64,000 nucleotides of DNA from an uncultured Bacillales bacterium (GTDB lineage: Bacteria > Bacillota_I > Bacilli_A > RF39 > UBA660), in the NCBI GenBank assembly GCA_949948745.1, contig CATLHA010000003.1:5708-69707 (forward strand), written 5' to 3'. Each line of letters starts with the position of its first letter. The first letter of the stretch is position 1. The position numbers and the translations under genes were made by a program. Shown in pieces: positions 43,446 through 52,539 of the stretch. A model generated the notes under the pieces. It saw only the letters and a list, made by a program, of their open reading frames with translations, had not been told where the DNA came from and did no database searches.

Positions 43446-44316
43446 GAGATGCACCAGAGCTGCCACTATGAGAACTTCCTCCTCCACCTCCATTAGAACT
43501 AGAAGAAATATAAGTTCTAGTAGTTCTAGTATTAATTAATGTATCCTGATTTTCATATAAATCTTTTTCTTCCCTATTTAAATAGTTTTGCGCATCTGTT
43601 GCCTTTTTAATTCGTTTATATTTTTTAGTCACAAAGAATATTGTTAAAAAGGAGACAACAACAGAGCCTAAGATAATAAAAGTAATTGGTAATGGTTTCT
43701 TACAAGTATAATTCCCCAAATCATCTACTATCGTACAAAGAGACATTTTATCAGAGATTCCTTTTTCAAAAGCCTGCTCTACCAAATCTAAAAATCTAGA
43801 AGCCCCATTTCCATAGTATCCATTAGAAAGTGAAGGCGTAATACGATCAATTGTATTATTTACTCTATCACTATCAAACAGCAACTGCCCTTCTCCTGAT
43901 GTAGAAATATAAACATCTCTAGACCCAATAGAAATTAATAATAGAATTCCATCCTTACCAAAATCATTATAGTCAAAGAAATCATCTGCATAAGCCATGG
44001 GTGATTTTCTACCCAAATTAGGAACTGTTACAATTACTATTTTATAATTTTCTTTTTTAGAAATCCTCTGAGCTGTTTCTTTTAATTTTTCTGTTTCCTC
44101 TAAAGTAAACAATTCTGCAAAATCATATACAAGTTCTTCTGAATTTACATAGGGTGTTTTTAAAGCAGCATCAATTTGTTTTTGACCCATCTCAAATCGT
44201 TTTGGAATTCCATATCGATTGGAAGAATTTCTTTCAAAGGTTTCAATCTCGCTTGCAAAAACACCACCACAAAATAATAGAATAAAGCATATACAAACAG
44301 TTAAAATCTTTTTCAT
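43420..44316 (-). CDS. TPM-domain protein (signal peptide, TPM/TLP18.3-like domain, C-terminal TM and Gly-rich tail)
   Basis: Signal peptide MKKILTVCICFILLFCGGVFA; YVNSEELVYDFAELFTLEETEKL...IVIVTV...GILLLIS pattern typical of TPM domain; tail GGGGGSSHSGSSGASHGGGGG. Confidence 0.55.
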   Translation of the reverse strand: MKKILTVCICFILLFCGGVFASEIETFERNSSNRYGIPKRFEMGQKQIDAALKTPYVNSEELVYDFAELFTLEETEKLKETAQRISKKENYKIVIVTVPNLGRKSPMAYADDFFDYNDFGKDGILLLISIGSRDVYISTSGEGQLLFDSDRVNNTIDRITPSLSNGYYGNGASRFLDLVEQAFEKGISDKMSLCTIVDDLGNYTCKKPLPITFIILGSVVVSFLTIFFVTKKYKRIKKATDAQNYLNREEKDLYENQDTLINTRTTRTYISSSSNGGGGGSSHSGSSGASHGGGGGKF

Positions 44317-45359
44317 AGTGAATATCCTCCTATCAAAATAAATAATAAGGATGTAATAAAAATAAGAAAAATAGTAAGGATAAAAAATGTGAAAACCACT
44401 TTAGATTTCTGCACTGGAATATCTCCAATCATTTTACCAGTTTGTCCATTCATGGCATATGGATAAATCTTATCTTTATACTTAATATTTAATAACCAAA
44501 CAGGAAGTAAAACATATTCTCCATGAAAAGAAGAAGGTGTAAAAGTCTTTTCATTAATTACTTTAGAAGAATAACGATTTAATGTTTGATTGATCTCAGA
44601 AAGAATTGTATTTTCAGCTCGATTAATCGCGACTGATTGTACTTCCTCTTTCGTTTGATCATATTTTTCTGCTAAGAATCCAGATAAATAAGCCTCATTA
44701 AAAGGAACCAATTCCTTATAATCAAATGGTTCAATAGAATTCATTAAGGCATCATCAAAGTGTTTAGACCCATCTACTGGAATATCATAAAAAGGAAAAA
44801 CTCCAGATCTGGTAAATGCATATTCATCCGTTTTTGTATAAATATAATTTCCAGAACTCCAACTAGATACAATGTTTCCAACACCAGTAACTTTCGAATC
44901 CACTTTATAATCATAAAGCCAAAAAGGAATGTAAATTCCCTGTATTTCAGAAATATTTTTCTTATTTGAAAATTCTTTTGGAATAAAAAATCTACGTAAT
45001 CCAGTCTGCTTAAAAGCATCCATCGCTTCTTCCTTTGTTTTTTTAAACGGAATAACCGAAGTCGGTGTAAACTCGTTAGATAAACGGCTTTCAATAATCG
45101 CACTACTTCTACAATAGATACAAGAAGTAGCAGTTACATTCTCAGACACTAAAATTTGGGCACCACAATTTTTACAATTATACCCCTGTGAGTTCATTTT
45201 TTTCTTTTGGGCTTTTTCCCTCTTTTTTTGTATTTTTTCTAAATCCTCAATCGTAAAATGACTCCCACAATAATCACAATCCCATCCACTCGATTTCGGT
45301 GAAAATTTTAAGGGAGCTCTACAACTCGGACATTTTTGGTCTAATGTATTTTCCTGCAT
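44313..45359 (-). CDS. Double zinc-ribbon membrane protein (paralog of 42306..43445)
   Basis: CPSCRAPLKF...CDYCGSHF and CKNCGAQI...SCIYCRS ribbons, same conserved blocks as paralog, C-terminal TM helices. Confidence 0.45.
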   Translation of the reverse strand: MQENTLDQKCPSCRAPLKFSPKSSGWDCDYCGSHFTIEDLEKIQKKREKAQKKKMNSQGYNCKNCGAQILVSENVTATSCIYCRSSAIIESRLSNEFTPTSVIPFKKTKEEAMDAFKQTGLRRFFIPKEFSNKKNISEIQGIYIPFWLYDYKVDSKVTGVGNIVSSWSSGNYIYTKTDEYAFTRSGVFPFYDIPVDGSKHFDDALMNSIEPFDYKELVPFNEAYLSGFLAEKYDQTKEEVQSVAINRAENTILSEINQTLNRYSSKVINEKTFTPSSFHGEYVLLPVWLLNIKYKDKIYPYAMNGQTGKMIGDIPVQKSKVVFTFFILTIFLIFITSLLFILIGGYSL

Positions 45360-45426
45360 ATTGTTTAACTCCTCTTCTACTCTATTTAAGTTTACAACAA
45401 AAATGATAAAAAAAGAAGAAATTTTC

Positions 45427-45654
45427 CTAATTTTCTTCTTCTATTTCAAATTTTTCAAGTCGGCCATCATCTGTTAATATTTTATTTATTTGTTCTTCAG
45501 CACTCTTTAATCTCTCATCACACTTTTTAGCAAGTTTCATAGCCAAAGTAAATTGATCTATCGCATCATCAAGTGGAACCTCCCCACTTTCTAATTTCTT
45601 TACAATTTCTTCTAATTCTTTTATATTTTCTTCAAAAGTTTTCTCTTTTGCCAT
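45427..45654 (-). CDS. xseB: Exodeoxyribonuclease VII small subunit
   Basis: 75 aa, FEENIKELEEIVKKLESGEVPLDDAI motif. Confidence 0.9.
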   Translation of the reverse strand: MAKEKTFEENIKELEEIVKKLESGEVPLDDAIDQFTLAMKLAKKCDERLKSAEEQINKILTDDGRLEKFEIEEEN

Positions 45655-45656
45655 AA

Positions 45657-46928
45657 TTAACTCCTCTTCTTTTTTGTATCGATTACTTCTGTAAAAATAA
45701 AACCATCCTTTAACTGAACCTCTAGTTTATCTTTTGGTTGAATCTCTTTGATACTAGAAATTACTTTCTCGTCTTTTCTAGTAATACTATACCCACGACC
45801 AATCGTAAGTAATGGATTTAACAGTTCTAACTTATTCAAATTTTTCTCAAATCGATATACTTCATAATTTAATATTTTTTCTATTTGATAAGAACTACTT
45901 TGATATATTTTATCTAGAATAACTCGTTCATCCTTAACAATCATCCTCATGGTAGACTGTAATTTTTCAAATAGTGTATCAAATTTTTGTTCCTTCATCT
46001 GATATAAGGAAATTGGATTTTCTAAAACATAACTTTTCATCAAAGAATCTACTTTTTTTCTTCGTATCATAAGTTCATTCTTCATAGATTTATGTAAACG
46101 TAAAGTAATTTGATTTAGAAGCTCTGAAATATCTCTCTTGCTTGGTACTGCCATTTCAGCAGCACCTGTTGGCGTAGGTGCTCTCAAATCAGCAACAAAA
46201 TCAGCAATAGTAAAATCTATTTCATGTCCAACAGCAGAAATGACTGGTATTTTAGAATTATAGATGGAACGAGCGACACCTTCATCATTAAAACACCACA
46301 TATCTTCAATACTTCCGCCACCTCGACCAACAATCAAAACATCTAAATCATATTCCTGAGCCCTATTTATCTGCCTAATAATATCAGGCGCAGCAGAAGC
46401 TCCTTGTACAAGGCTTGGAAAAAGAATTGTCTCAGTAAACGGCCATCTTCTCTTAATTGTAGATAAAATATCACGGATTGCCGCACCAGTAGATGCAGTC
46501 ACAATACCAATACGAGAAGGAATATTAGGGATTGGTCTTTTATGTTCCTTATCAAATAATCCTTCTAGAGCTAATTTCTTTTTTAATTGTTCAAATTGAA
46601 TATAAAGGTTTCCGATTCCATCTTCAATCATCTCATCAACATAAATTTGATATCCACCAGTAGCTTCATATACACTAATTCTACCAGTTACTAAAACTTT
46701 CATTCCATCCTCTGGTAAAAATTTCATTTTAGAAACCTGAGAGGAAAACATAACTGCATTTATTCTAGAGGTTTCATCCTTCAAAGTAAAATAATAATGT
46801 CCTCTTGTATGTGCCTTAAAATTTGAAATTTCTCCCTTTAAAAAAACCTGTCTTAGATTTTCATCATTATCAATTTTAAATTTTATATATCTCGTTAACT
46901 GAGAAACACTAATATATTTATCTTGCAT
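45657..46928 (-). CDS. xseA: Exodeoxyribonuclease VII large subunit
   Basis: OB-fold N-terminus (VSQLTRYIK...GEISNF) and catalytic domain; 423 aa; adjacent to xseB. Confidence 0.9.
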   Translation of the reverse strand: MQDKYISVSQLTRYIKFKIDNDENLRQVFLKGEISNFKAHTRGHYYFTLKDETSRINAVMFSSQVSKMKFLPEDGMKVLVTGRISVYEATGGYQIYVDEMIEDGIGNLYIQFEQLKKKLALEGLFDKEHKRPIPNIPSRIGIVTASTGAAIRDILSTIKRRWPFTETILFPSLVQGASAAPDIIRQINRAQEYDLDVLIVGRGGGSIEDMWCFNDEGVARSIYNSKIPVISAVGHEIDFTIADFVADLRAPTPTGAAEMAVPSKRDISELLNQITLRLHKSMKNELMIRRKKVDSLMKSYVLENPISLYQMKEQKFDTLFEKLQSTMRMIVKDERVILDKIYQSSSYQIEKILNYEVYRFEKNLNKLELLNPLLTIGRGYSITRKDEKVISSIKEIQPKDKLEVQLKDGFIFTEVIDTKKKRS

Positions 46929-46939
46929 AAGGTAATATC

Positions 46940-47341
46940 CTATTGTTCCTTTTCATGATAAATTTCATCTAAAACAGCATTAATCATTTTTGTTACTTTT
47001 TCATCACTATATTTTTTAGAAAGTTCTATCGCTTCATTAATAGCAACTACACTTGGAGTCTCAGTATATTCCAATTCATAAATTCCAATACAAATAATTG
47101 CTTGATCCACTTTATTTAAACGATCCATTGGCCAACTATCCAAATAACGATTTGCTTTTTCATAAATCGCTTTCTTATTTCCTAAAACACCATAAACAAC
47201 AGTATCTACAAACTCATTAGAAACTTCTAATTGTTCTTTAATTAAAGTATCTACACCAAATTCTATAGAAGATTCTTCTAATAAAAACACTTGATATAAT
47301 ACCTTCATCATTACTTCACGTAATTCACTTCTATTTTTCAT
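46940..47341 (-). CDS. nusB: Transcription antitermination factor NusB
   Basis: 133 aa; RSELREVMMKVLYQ N-terminus and NusB helical signature; conserved position upstream of xseA. Confidence 0.9.
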   Translation of the reverse strand: MKNRSELREVMMKVLYQVFLLEESSIEFGVDTLIKEQLEVSNEFVDTVVYGVLGNKKAIYEKANRYLDSWPMDRLNKVDQAIICIGIYELEYTETPSVVAINEAIELSKKYSDEKVTKMINAVLDEIYHEKEQ

Positions 47342-47408
47342 AATTCATTCACCTACTTGTATTTATTTTATCATGACAGAAATAAAAAGTCACTTTATTA
47401 ATGACTTT

Positions 47409-48218
47409 TTATTGGATTTGATTAAAAAAATATTGAAAGGCCTTACTAGCTTTTTGTTTTTGCCTTGCCTGTTGTTTTTCTGATAAAGGAATAAAGCCAT
47501 CATTATTATAAAAATCATCATACCAAGTCTGTAATTCTTCCTTAGGATAAAGGTCTTGTTCATTTAAACCACTCCTATAAACAGCATCTAAAGAAACTGA
47601 AAATTCTAAATAAGTGCTTAAGTCATTTGCTCTTTTTACCATATCTAAAAGCTTTGTCACATTGTAAAGAAAAGGAGAAACAAGACGAATAAAATCTTCA
47701 TAATAAATCATTCCATTTTCCTTCATATAAATATCATATTTTTCTAAATAACTTTCTAAACGATTCATAGAATCCATATCACATCCATTTGTTGGATTCA
47801 TAACCCTGAGATAGATTTTGGACATGGAACCAAAAATTTCAAAAAGAATAGAGCATTTTTTCTTTAAAATAGAAATATAATGTTTAAAATATTTCAAAGT
47901 ATATGAATCATACTTTTTACTAGAAAGGAAAAAAACATCCATTGTGTGTTCTGCTCTTTCAAAAACAGAAACATTTTCCTTTCTACTATATTCAAACATT
48001 CTTTGTTTTAACTCTGGATTTTCTGCTTCTATTCTAGAATTGATAAATTTTTCTATTTCTTCATCCATTAAAATAACACTAGACTCCATGCATATTCTTT
48101 TTAATTTTCTAAAAGAATATGGACCAATAGAAGAAGCTATAACTCTAGCGATTATCAAAGGTGAAATAAATCCCTCTTCATCACAAAAAGAATGATAATC
48201 ATCAATACGTATTTCCAT
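47409..48218 (-). CDS. Hypothetical protein (269 aa)
   Basis: Intact ORF; no recognisable family. Confidence 0.35.
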   Translation of the reverse strand: MEIRIDDYHSFCDEEGFISPLIIARVIASSIGPYSFRKLKRICMESSVILMDEEIEKFINSRIEAENPELKQRMFEYSRKENVSVFERAEHTMDVFFLSSKKYDSYTLKYFKHYISILKKKCSILFEIFGSMSKIYLRVMNPTNGCDMDSMNRLESYLEKYDIYMKENGMIYYEDFIRLVSPFLYNVTKLLDMVKRANDLSTYLEFSVSLDAVYRSGLNEQDLYPKEELQTWYDDFYNNDGFIPLSEKQQARQKQKASKAFQYFFNQIQ

Positions 48219-48375
48219 AAATTACTGTCCCCCTATCAAACTATATCACAAGTTAATAAAATAAGATTTAAAATAGTCATAAATTGATTATACTATATTC
48301 ATTATTCTATCACTTTTTCCTATTGAAATCAAATAAGTCTAAAAAAGAAAAATCATAGTTAACGATATCAATCTT

Positions 48376-49050
48376 TTATGTTTTTTTTATTTTTTCTTCA
48401 AAAATAGATAACTTTTTTCTTTTAGAAAGATTAGGTTCAATAATAACTGCAAGAGCATCATACTTTCCAAGATTAATATCAAAATAATTCTTCATTTCAC
48501 CTAAATTAGGATACAATTGTGTATAATAACAGTTTTCAATAATACCATTTTCCTGCATATTATAAAACGGTTCAAACATCCGTAAAATTTTTAAAGATTT
48601 AAAATCAAGATTTTCTAAAGATGTAAATAAATTATCTGAATATAAATGAAATAAGGACATAGCCATCGCAATATTCTGAGTTCTAAGAGAAATAAAATCA
48701 GAGGGAAAACTCCTATATGCATCTTTTATAACTTCCTTTGAAAGATTTAATTTTTGATATTTATAACTAATAACCATACCAGATAGATAAAGCATCGTAA
48801 TAGAATTTTCTTCAACTTCTAATTGATAATTCTGAAAAACACCAAATCCTGAAATTTTTCCATAGTCATCAAGCAATAGTTTTAAAATAGAATCCTTTTC
48901 TCCAAATAAATGTTCATAAACATCCTGATAATAAACTGGAAAGTTTGCTCCAACACATATATCATATGAAACACTTGCTACTTTTCCTTTATCCAAGCAA
49001 TCATCATAATTAACAATTCTCATGTTCATTCTCCTCATTATAGTACTCAA
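48376..49050 (-). CDS. Hypothetical protein (224 aa)
   Basis: Intact ORF overlapping the next gene start by ~40 nt. Confidence 0.35.
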   Translation of the reverse strand: MSTIMRRMNMRIVNYDDCLDKGKVASVSYDICVGANFPVYYQDVYEHLFGEKDSILKLLLDDYGKISGFGVFQNYQLEVEENSITMLYLSGMVISYKYQKLNLSKEVIKDAYRSFPSDFISLRTQNIAMAMSLFHLYSDNLFTSLENLDFKSLKILRMFEPFYNMQENGIIENCYYTQLYPNLGEMKNYFDINLGKYDALAVIIEPNLSKRKKLSIFEEKIKKT

Positions 49051-50062
49051 TAATATGAATATATAAATCTACTGTTTTTTCAAGAGAATCTAAACTTATA
49101 AATTCATTCTTTTGGTGAGAAGTATCAGGACCAGGACCTAATATAATAAAATTTTTATCAATAAAAGATCCTTCAGTTATATAGCATTTTGTTCTCTTTT
49201 TTGAAGATATTTTTTCTAAGAATTCTATATTATTTTCATTTAATTTAGGGCAAACATTATTTTTCACAATCAATTCATAGTTATAATCCTCTAACATTTT
49301 TTTAATATCAATAAGTATGGTATCAGCTTGATTCACATTTGCAATCCTAAAATCCATAGTAATCATACATTTACCAGGAACTGAATTTACCGTTTCTCCG
49401 CCTTGTATCATGCCAATATTCATAGTCGTATAGGGAATTTCAAAATTCATATTTCCCTGTTTTTTTAAATTTTCATCATAATATTTTCTAATTCTATTAA
49501 TAAAATCAACACATTCATAAATTGCACTTTTTCCATAATCCGGAGTAGATGAGTGACATTTTGTTCCATAAAAGAATAATTCAAGTTCTAAAACTCCTTT
49601 TGTTCCATACACAGGTACATTATTTGTAGGTTCTCCAACAATGATATTATTTGGAGTAATAAAATTCTTAATATCTTGAATTCCACCAAAACCAATTTCT
49701 TCATCATTTGTTAAATATAAAGCGATTTTATTCTTATTTAAATCGATTTTAGAAACTGCCGAAAGAATAGAAGCAACCCCACCCTTCATATCACAAGCGC
49801 CCAATCCAATTAAGTTCCCATCAATCTCTTGCATTTCAAACGGAGAACCATCCCAAGATTCATAATCAACCGTATCTGTATGTCCTAAAAACCCAACAGG
49901 AGGATTTTCATCATTATACGCAATTAAACATTTTTTAACTCTTTGAACTGTAAAATTATATTGTTTTAAATACTCTTCAACATAATTCATAAGTTTCTTA
50001 TTTTCCTCGTCTCGAATCGTATTATAACGAACCAAGTTCTTTAAAATATCTTTTGTTTCCAT
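49010..50062 (-). CDS. M20-family metallopeptidase / deacylase (ArgE/DapE-like)
   Basis: GHTDTVD metal-binding His/Asp, NDEEIG, GACDMKGG motifs. Confidence 0.75.
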   Translation of the reverse strand: METKDILKNLVRYNTIRDEENKKLMNYVEEYLKQYNFTVQRVKKCLIAYNDENPPVGFLGHTDTVDYESWDGSPFEMQEIDGNLIGLGACDMKGGVASILSAVSKIDLNKNKIALYLTNDEEIGFGGIQDIKNFITPNNIIVGEPTNNVPVYGTKGVLELELFFYGTKCHSSTPDYGKSAIYECVDFINRIRKYYDENLKKQGNMNFEIPYTTMNIGMIQGGETVNSVPGKCMITMDFRIANVNQADTILIDIKKMLEDYNYELIVKNNVCPKLNENNIEFLEKISSKKRTKCYITEGSFIDKNFIILGPGPDTSHQKNEFISLDSLEKTVDLYIHIIEYYNEENEHENC

Positions 50063-50123
50063 AACAATCATTCCTTCTTTCTATTTTTTAATCCTTTGCA
50101 TTAGCTTTACCAAGAATGATCCT

Positions 50124-50154
50124 AAAAACAAAAAATACAGGATATACCCTGTAT
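50124..50154 (-). terminator. Rho-independent terminator downstream of the ATP-grasp gene
   Basis: Minus strand ACAGGGTATATCCTGTAT hairpin followed by U-run (plus strand A-run 50124-50134). Confidence 0.55.
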
Positions 50155-50398
50155 TTGATAGTTATATTCTTATCGTCTCATACAGGTATAAGCAATGCAA
50201 AAACACACTTATACCTGAATCGATTTTAAATCAAATCTGTATAAGTGTTACCCATATGATGCCAACTATTTTGTTTTAACAATCTCATATAAATAACTCC
50301 CTTTCTTTATAATATTATCAGTCACAACTGATTGATTTACATAGTAACATAAAAGATAAATAAAAGTCAATAATAATTTAAAAACATGTTAAAAGTCT

Positions 50399-51325
50399 TT
50401 AATGACGAAACATCTCTTCTATAGCAGCACTATAAATTCTTTTTGCTTCTTCTTTTCCTTGCGGCATAATTTCCATATAATTTTTCATCATTATACCGCT
50501 ATTTAACTCAATCACATAAAACTCATGGTCTGTAGTTTCAATAATATCAATGCTACAAAAGCCAATATCTAAAGTATCTGTAATTTTCCTAAAAATAGAT
50601 AATAATTTTTCTTTTTTATTCACATCTTCTATCTGAAAAGGCATAGATCCTTTGGATAAATTAAATTGCCAATTATATTCAAATATCTCACCTTGTTTTA
50701 AAACCCTAGAATATTCTTCACCAAGAGATTTACCTTTAAAGTAATATGAATTAAAATCCACTAACAATTCTTTAATTGACTTTTTCCCATTTCCTACTAC
50801 AATAGGCCTCTTTTTTCCATAAAGTAATTGACATTCATTATTTAATACAATCAAACGATATTCTCTTTCAATATCATAAAAAGGACAAATACTGATAGAA
50901 AAATTTTTATGAAATAATCGTTCTAAATAAAAAGAAATATCTTCTTTCTTTTTAATATGATAAACTTCATTCCCACAAGTACTATCATTTGCTTTTAATA
51001 CAATTCCTTGAGGATATTCCTCAAAGATTTCTTCTACTTTAGAATAAGTATTAGACCCAACTGCATAATCATTCATATTACTTTTTGAAAACAAAATTTG
51101 ATGTTCAATAATTGGAACATTTTTCTTTTTTAAAACTTCAAAAGTTGCATATTTATCATCAATAATAGAACCAAATCCATGTGAATTTAAATCAAATTTG
51201 TAACCAGAAATAAACCTTGTTTTATTTCCTTTTTCAAGCATTAAAACCCAATCTTTCGATAAAATAGAAAAATTAATTCCTTGCTCCATACATATTTCTT
51301 TTATTATTTCATGAAAACTATTCAT
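50399..51325 (-). CDS. ATP-grasp-like protein (RimK/YheC-YheD-like), function unknown
   Basis: Length and pattern (FATFEVLKKKNVPIIEH ... Gly-rich loop ... EFYVIELNSG) suggest an ATP-grasp fold; weak. Confidence 0.4.
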   Translation of the reverse strand: MNSFHEIIKEICMEQGINFSILSKDWVLMLEKGNKTRFISGYKFDLNSHGFGSIIDDKYATFEVLKKKNVPIIEHQILFSKSNMNDYAVGSNTYSKVEEIFEEYPQGIVLKANDSTCGNEVYHIKKKEDISFYLERLFHKNFSISICPFYDIEREYRLIVLNNECQLLYGKKRPIVVGNGKKSIKELLVDFNSYYFKGKSLGEEYSRVLKQGEIFEYNWQFNLSKGSMPFQIEDVNKKEKLLSIFRKITDTLDIGFCSIDIIETTDHEFYVIELNSGIMMKNYMEIMPQGKEEAKRIYSAAIEEMFRH

Positions 51326-51700
51326 GCTTATCACATCCTAACAAGTTTATTTTAAACAATATACTTTTTTTATTTCTAATCTTTGTAATTAGTTGATCAA
51401 GTTCCAATTTGCTAACTTTACAAATTCTTACAAATATATCTTTCTCTACACAAACAATATCATGATATTCTCCGGGTAAACAAACATTAGAGGTAGTATC
51501 AACAGAATTTACGCAAAGTGTTCCTACAAGAAGTTTATATTGTTCAACAATTATTAATATGTTAATGTGATTTAATCTAACTGTACTATTTCTATCTAAT
51601 ACATAAGTATATTTATAGTCGACTCCTCGATAACATTTAATATTATTTTTATATTTAATTGATTATCATAGAAATCTTTAAATTTAATATATTCAACATA

Positions 51701-52132
51701 AACTTAGTAATATTTAAGATGACATAAATCTAAAACCACGTTCTTTTTTAGTACCCAATATTGCTAGTTTTAATACCATTTAAGATGACATAGATCTAAA
51801 ACTGAATATATAATCACTTATGATATAACAGAGTTTCAATACCATTTAAGATGACATAGATCTAAAACTCAGAAAAAATATAATTAGAATTAATATAAGT
51901 TTCAATACCATTTAAGATGACATAGATCTAAAACATCAAATTGGAATCGATGACAGGTATGTATGTTTCAATACCATTTAAGATGACATAGATCTAAAAC
52001 GTTGTAGTCTCCTGTTTCAAAGCTCCATCAGTTTCAATACCATTTAAGATGACATAGATCTAAAACCCTGTGTATTGTTCGTACACAAAATTTTCTGTTT
52101 CAATACCATTTAAGATGACATAGATCTAAAAC
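51701..52132 (-). CRISPR. CRISPR2: orphan array in inverted orientation, same 36-bp repeat with one SNP (...TATTGAAAC), 6 spacers
   Basis: Plus strand shows the reverse-complement repeat GTTTCAATACCATTTAAGATGACATAGATCTAAAAC at 51833, 51899, 51965, 52031, 52097. The 51767 repeat has the CRISPR1 allele, and a degenerate terminal unit lies at 51701-51736. Leader-homologous sequence sits at 52133-52206. Confidence 0.9.
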
Positions 52133-52231
52133 CTCAAATGTTATTTAAATCTAGTTTGATAGTTCATAGAGAAAACTATTATCTTAAATGGAAAATCATA
52201 TGTCACTAACTTTATTTTAGCACAAATTCGT

Positions 52232-52348
52232 CTAAATTTCATCAATGATTAACTTTTTTTTATAATTCAAAGTAGTTCCATAACATTGTGAATCAACTAA
52301 GACTATATTTACTTGATTATATATTGCATGTTTATATAGCTCTATTAA
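52232..52348 (-). pseudogene. csn2: csn2 3'-terminal remnant (last ~38 codons) adjacent to the CRISPR2 leader
   Basis: Minus-strand frame translates LIELYKHAIYNQVNIVLVDSQCYGTTLNYKKKLIIDEI*, against intact Csn2 C-terminus LKELYKYAIYNQINIVLIDSQSYGTTLEYERKLIIDNN; frame opens directly after a TGA. Confidence 0.7.
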
Positions 52349-52539
52349 TCAGGTAATATATCATAATTACTTGCTTGAATTTGTTCTTTAATAAAATCTA
52401 AGTTTTTCATAAAATATACCTCTTTTCTGAAAACTTGGGCATACTATATCATAAATTTAGAACCTTGTTCACGAAAACAATATATAGAGGACAACAGAAA
52501 ATATTTATTACTTTCTAACTTGATACTTGCTTCGTCAAT

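Noticed and set aside
50181-50215. Inverted repeat CAGGTATAAG-N15-CTTATACCTG in the M20/ATP-grasp intergenic region, considered as a riboswitch or operator
   Set aside because: Single isolated hairpin without conserved riboswitch motifs. Most simply part of the transcription-termination region between the two minus-strand genes
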